32,000 nt of DNA from Candidatus Karelsulcia muelleri PSPU (lineage in GTDB: Bacteria > Bacteroidota > Bacteroidia > Flavobacteriales > Blattabacteriaceae): assembly GCF_000829155.1 (NCBI RefSeq), contig NZ_AP013293.1, positions 253,353 to 285,352 on the forward strand, read 5' to 3'. Below the pieces are notes generated by a model. It was not told where the DNA came from and did no database searches. It saw only the letters and a program-made list of their open reading frames with translations. The translations under genes were made by a program, and so were the position numbers. Of the stretch, positions 30,278-32,000 are shown piece after piece. The stretch's first letter is position 1. Every line of letters starts with the position of its first letter.

Positions 30278-31960
30278 TTACAGTTTATCTGTTACACATC
30301 CATTAGAAGCAGATGATACAGTATTTGAATACTTATATAAATATCCTGAATTAACTTTTAAAAGGGGAGCTATAAATTTTTTTTTTCTAATTTTTATTTC
30401 TTTCTTTGTTATTTTTAATGTTAAAGTATTATTTATTGCATCAATTATTATAATATCTCCATTTTCTATTAAAGCAATTAATCCTCCATTTTGAGCTTCT
30501 GGAGTAATATGACCTACTACAAATCCATGAGATCCTCCTGAAAATCTTCCATCAGTTATTAAAGCAATTTTTTTTCCTAAATTAGCACCCATTATATAAG
30601 AAGTAGGTTTAAGCATTTCCGGCATTCCAGGACCTCCTTTAGGACCTACATATCTAATTACTATAACATCTCCTTTTTTTATTTTATTATTAATTATTGC
30701 TTCATTAGCAGAGTTTTCTGAATTAAAAACTTGTGCAAATCCTGAAAATAGATCACCTTCTTTTCCAGTAATTTTAGCAACCGCCCCTTCTGGAGCTAAA
30801 TTTCCATATAAAATTCGTATATGTCCATTTTTTTTTATAGGATTTAATAAAGGATATATAATTTTTTGATTAAAATCAATATCAGGTATTTTTTCTAAAT
30901 TTTTTTTTATTGTTTTTCCTGTAACAGTCATACAATCTCCTTCTATATATCCTTCTTTTAATAAATATTTTATAATTATAGGAATTCCTCCCATAGATTG
31001 TATATCTTCCATTAAAAAATCTCCACTTGGTTTTAAATTAGCTATAATTGGAACATTATTATTGATATTTTGAATATCATCTAATTTTAAATTTATATTA
31101 GCAGTTTTAGCTATAGCTAAAATATGTATTACTAAATTTGTTGATCCTCCTAATGCAATTGCTAGAGTAATAGCATTTTTTATAGATGTATTAGTAATAA
31201 TATCCAGTGGTTTAATATTTTTTTTAAAAATTTTTTTTATATAAAAACCTATATTAACACATTCTTTTTTTTTAAAGTTACTATTAGCTAATGATGAAGA
31301 TGAATATGGTATTGTAATTCCCATTGCTTCAATACAAGAAGCCATTGTATTAGCTGTATACATTCCTCCACAGGCTCCTGGTCCAGGACAAGCATGTTTA
31401 ATTATATTTTTATATTCTAATTCTGAAATTTTCCCTATATTTTTTTCTCCTAAAGCTTCAAAAGCTGAAACTATATTTAATTTTTTACCATTATAATATC
31501 CTGATGATATACTCCCTCCATATACTAATATGGAAGGTCTATTAATACGTAACATGGCCATAACTATTCCAGGTATATTTTTATCACATCCTGGAATACC
31601 TATTAATCCATCATAATGTTGAGCTTTAACAACACTTTCTATACTATCAGCTATTAATTCTCTTGAAGGTAAAGAATATCTCATTCCAGATGTTCCCATA
31701 GACATTCCATCACTAATACCTATAGTATTAAATTGAAAACCCACCATTCCATATTTTTTTACAGATGATTTAATATTATTACTAATAATATTTAAATGCA
31801 TATTACAAGGATTACCTTCATACCAATTACTAACTATGCCAACTTGAGCTTTATTAAAATCATCTTCTGTTAACCCCGTGGCATACAGCATTGCTTGTGC
31901 AGCAGGTAAAGTATTATTTTTAGTTAATTTAATACTAAATGGATTTATTATTTTTGCCAT
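30278..31960 (-). CDS. ilvD: Dihydroxy-acid dehydratase
   Basis: GNPCNMHL, GIPGCDKNIPGIVMAM, ACPGPGACGGMYTANTMASCIEAMGI (cluster cysteines), GPKGGPGMPEML, ITDGRFSGGSHGFVVGHITPEA. Confidence 0.98.
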   Translation of the reverse strand: MAKIINPFSIKLTKNNTLPAAQAMLYATGLTEDDFNKAQVGIVSNWYEGNPCNMHLNIISNNIKSSVKKYGMVGFQFNTIGISDGMSMGTSGMRYSLPSRELIADSIESVVKAQHYDGLIGIPGCDKNIPGIVMAMLRINRPSILVYGGSISSGYYNGKKLNIVSAFEALGEKNIGKISELEYKNIIKHACPGPGACGGMYTANTMASCIEAMGITIPYSSSSLANSNFKKKECVNIGFYIKKIFKKNIKPLDIITNTSIKNAITLAIALGGSTNLVIHILAIAKTANINLKLDDIQNINNNVPIIANLKPSGDFLMEDIQSMGGIPIIIKYLLKEGYIEGDCMTVTGKTIKKNLEKIPDIDFNQKIIYPLLNPIKKNGHIRILYGNLAPEGAVAKITGKEGDLFSGFAQVFNSENSANEAIINNKIKKGDVIVIRYVGPKGGPGMPEMLKPTSYIMGANLGKKIALITDGRFSGGSHGFVVGHITPEAQNGGLIALIENGDIIIIDAINNTLTLKITKKEIKIRKKKFIAPLLKVNSGYLYKYSNTVSSASNGCVTDKL

Positions 31961-32000
31961 TAAATTTGGATAAACATTTTTTAAAAAAAATTTTTTTTTA

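Overview
This is a very AT-rich, densely packed window with single-copy bacterial housekeeping genes and almost no intergenic DNA. It looks like the reduced genome of a Flavobacteriales-type (Bacteroidetes; Blattabacterium/Sulcia-like) insect nutritional endosymbiont. Genus cannot be resolved by eye. Contents in order: the distal S10/spc/alpha ribosomal block (rplP end to rplQ, with secY, infA, rpmJ, rpoA); dapF and rsmH (divergent); rnpB (RNase P RNA); a P5C-dehydrogenase-like gene (pruA/rocA); mutL and argH (divergent); lysS; tRNA-Arg(ACG); pdhA and the PDH E2 gene; a TerC-family membrane protein; pfkA; gapA; an HsdR-N-like nuclease-domain protein; holA broken by a frameshift at a T10A10 tract; trxB; rlmB; pheS; and an ilvD-ilvB-ilvN-ilvC-ilvA cluster. 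I found no mobile elements, CRISPR arrays, phage genes, toxin or defence islands, or evidence of a novel multigene system. The observations most worth checking are: (1) the P5C dehydrogenase has lost its catalytic Cys (Leu instead) and its conserved C-terminal loop while keeping a 512-codon ORF; (2) holA is split at a T10A10 tract, a candidate for transcriptional slippage; (3) the IlvN subunit is reduced to about one ACT domain; (4) rpmC and rpmD are missing from otherwise collinear ribosomal operons; (5) in-frame A17 and A19 tracts lie in rplF and rpsE; (6) a standalone HsdR-N-like nuclease domain is retained; (7) a GC-containing hairpin lies between ilvC and ilvA.
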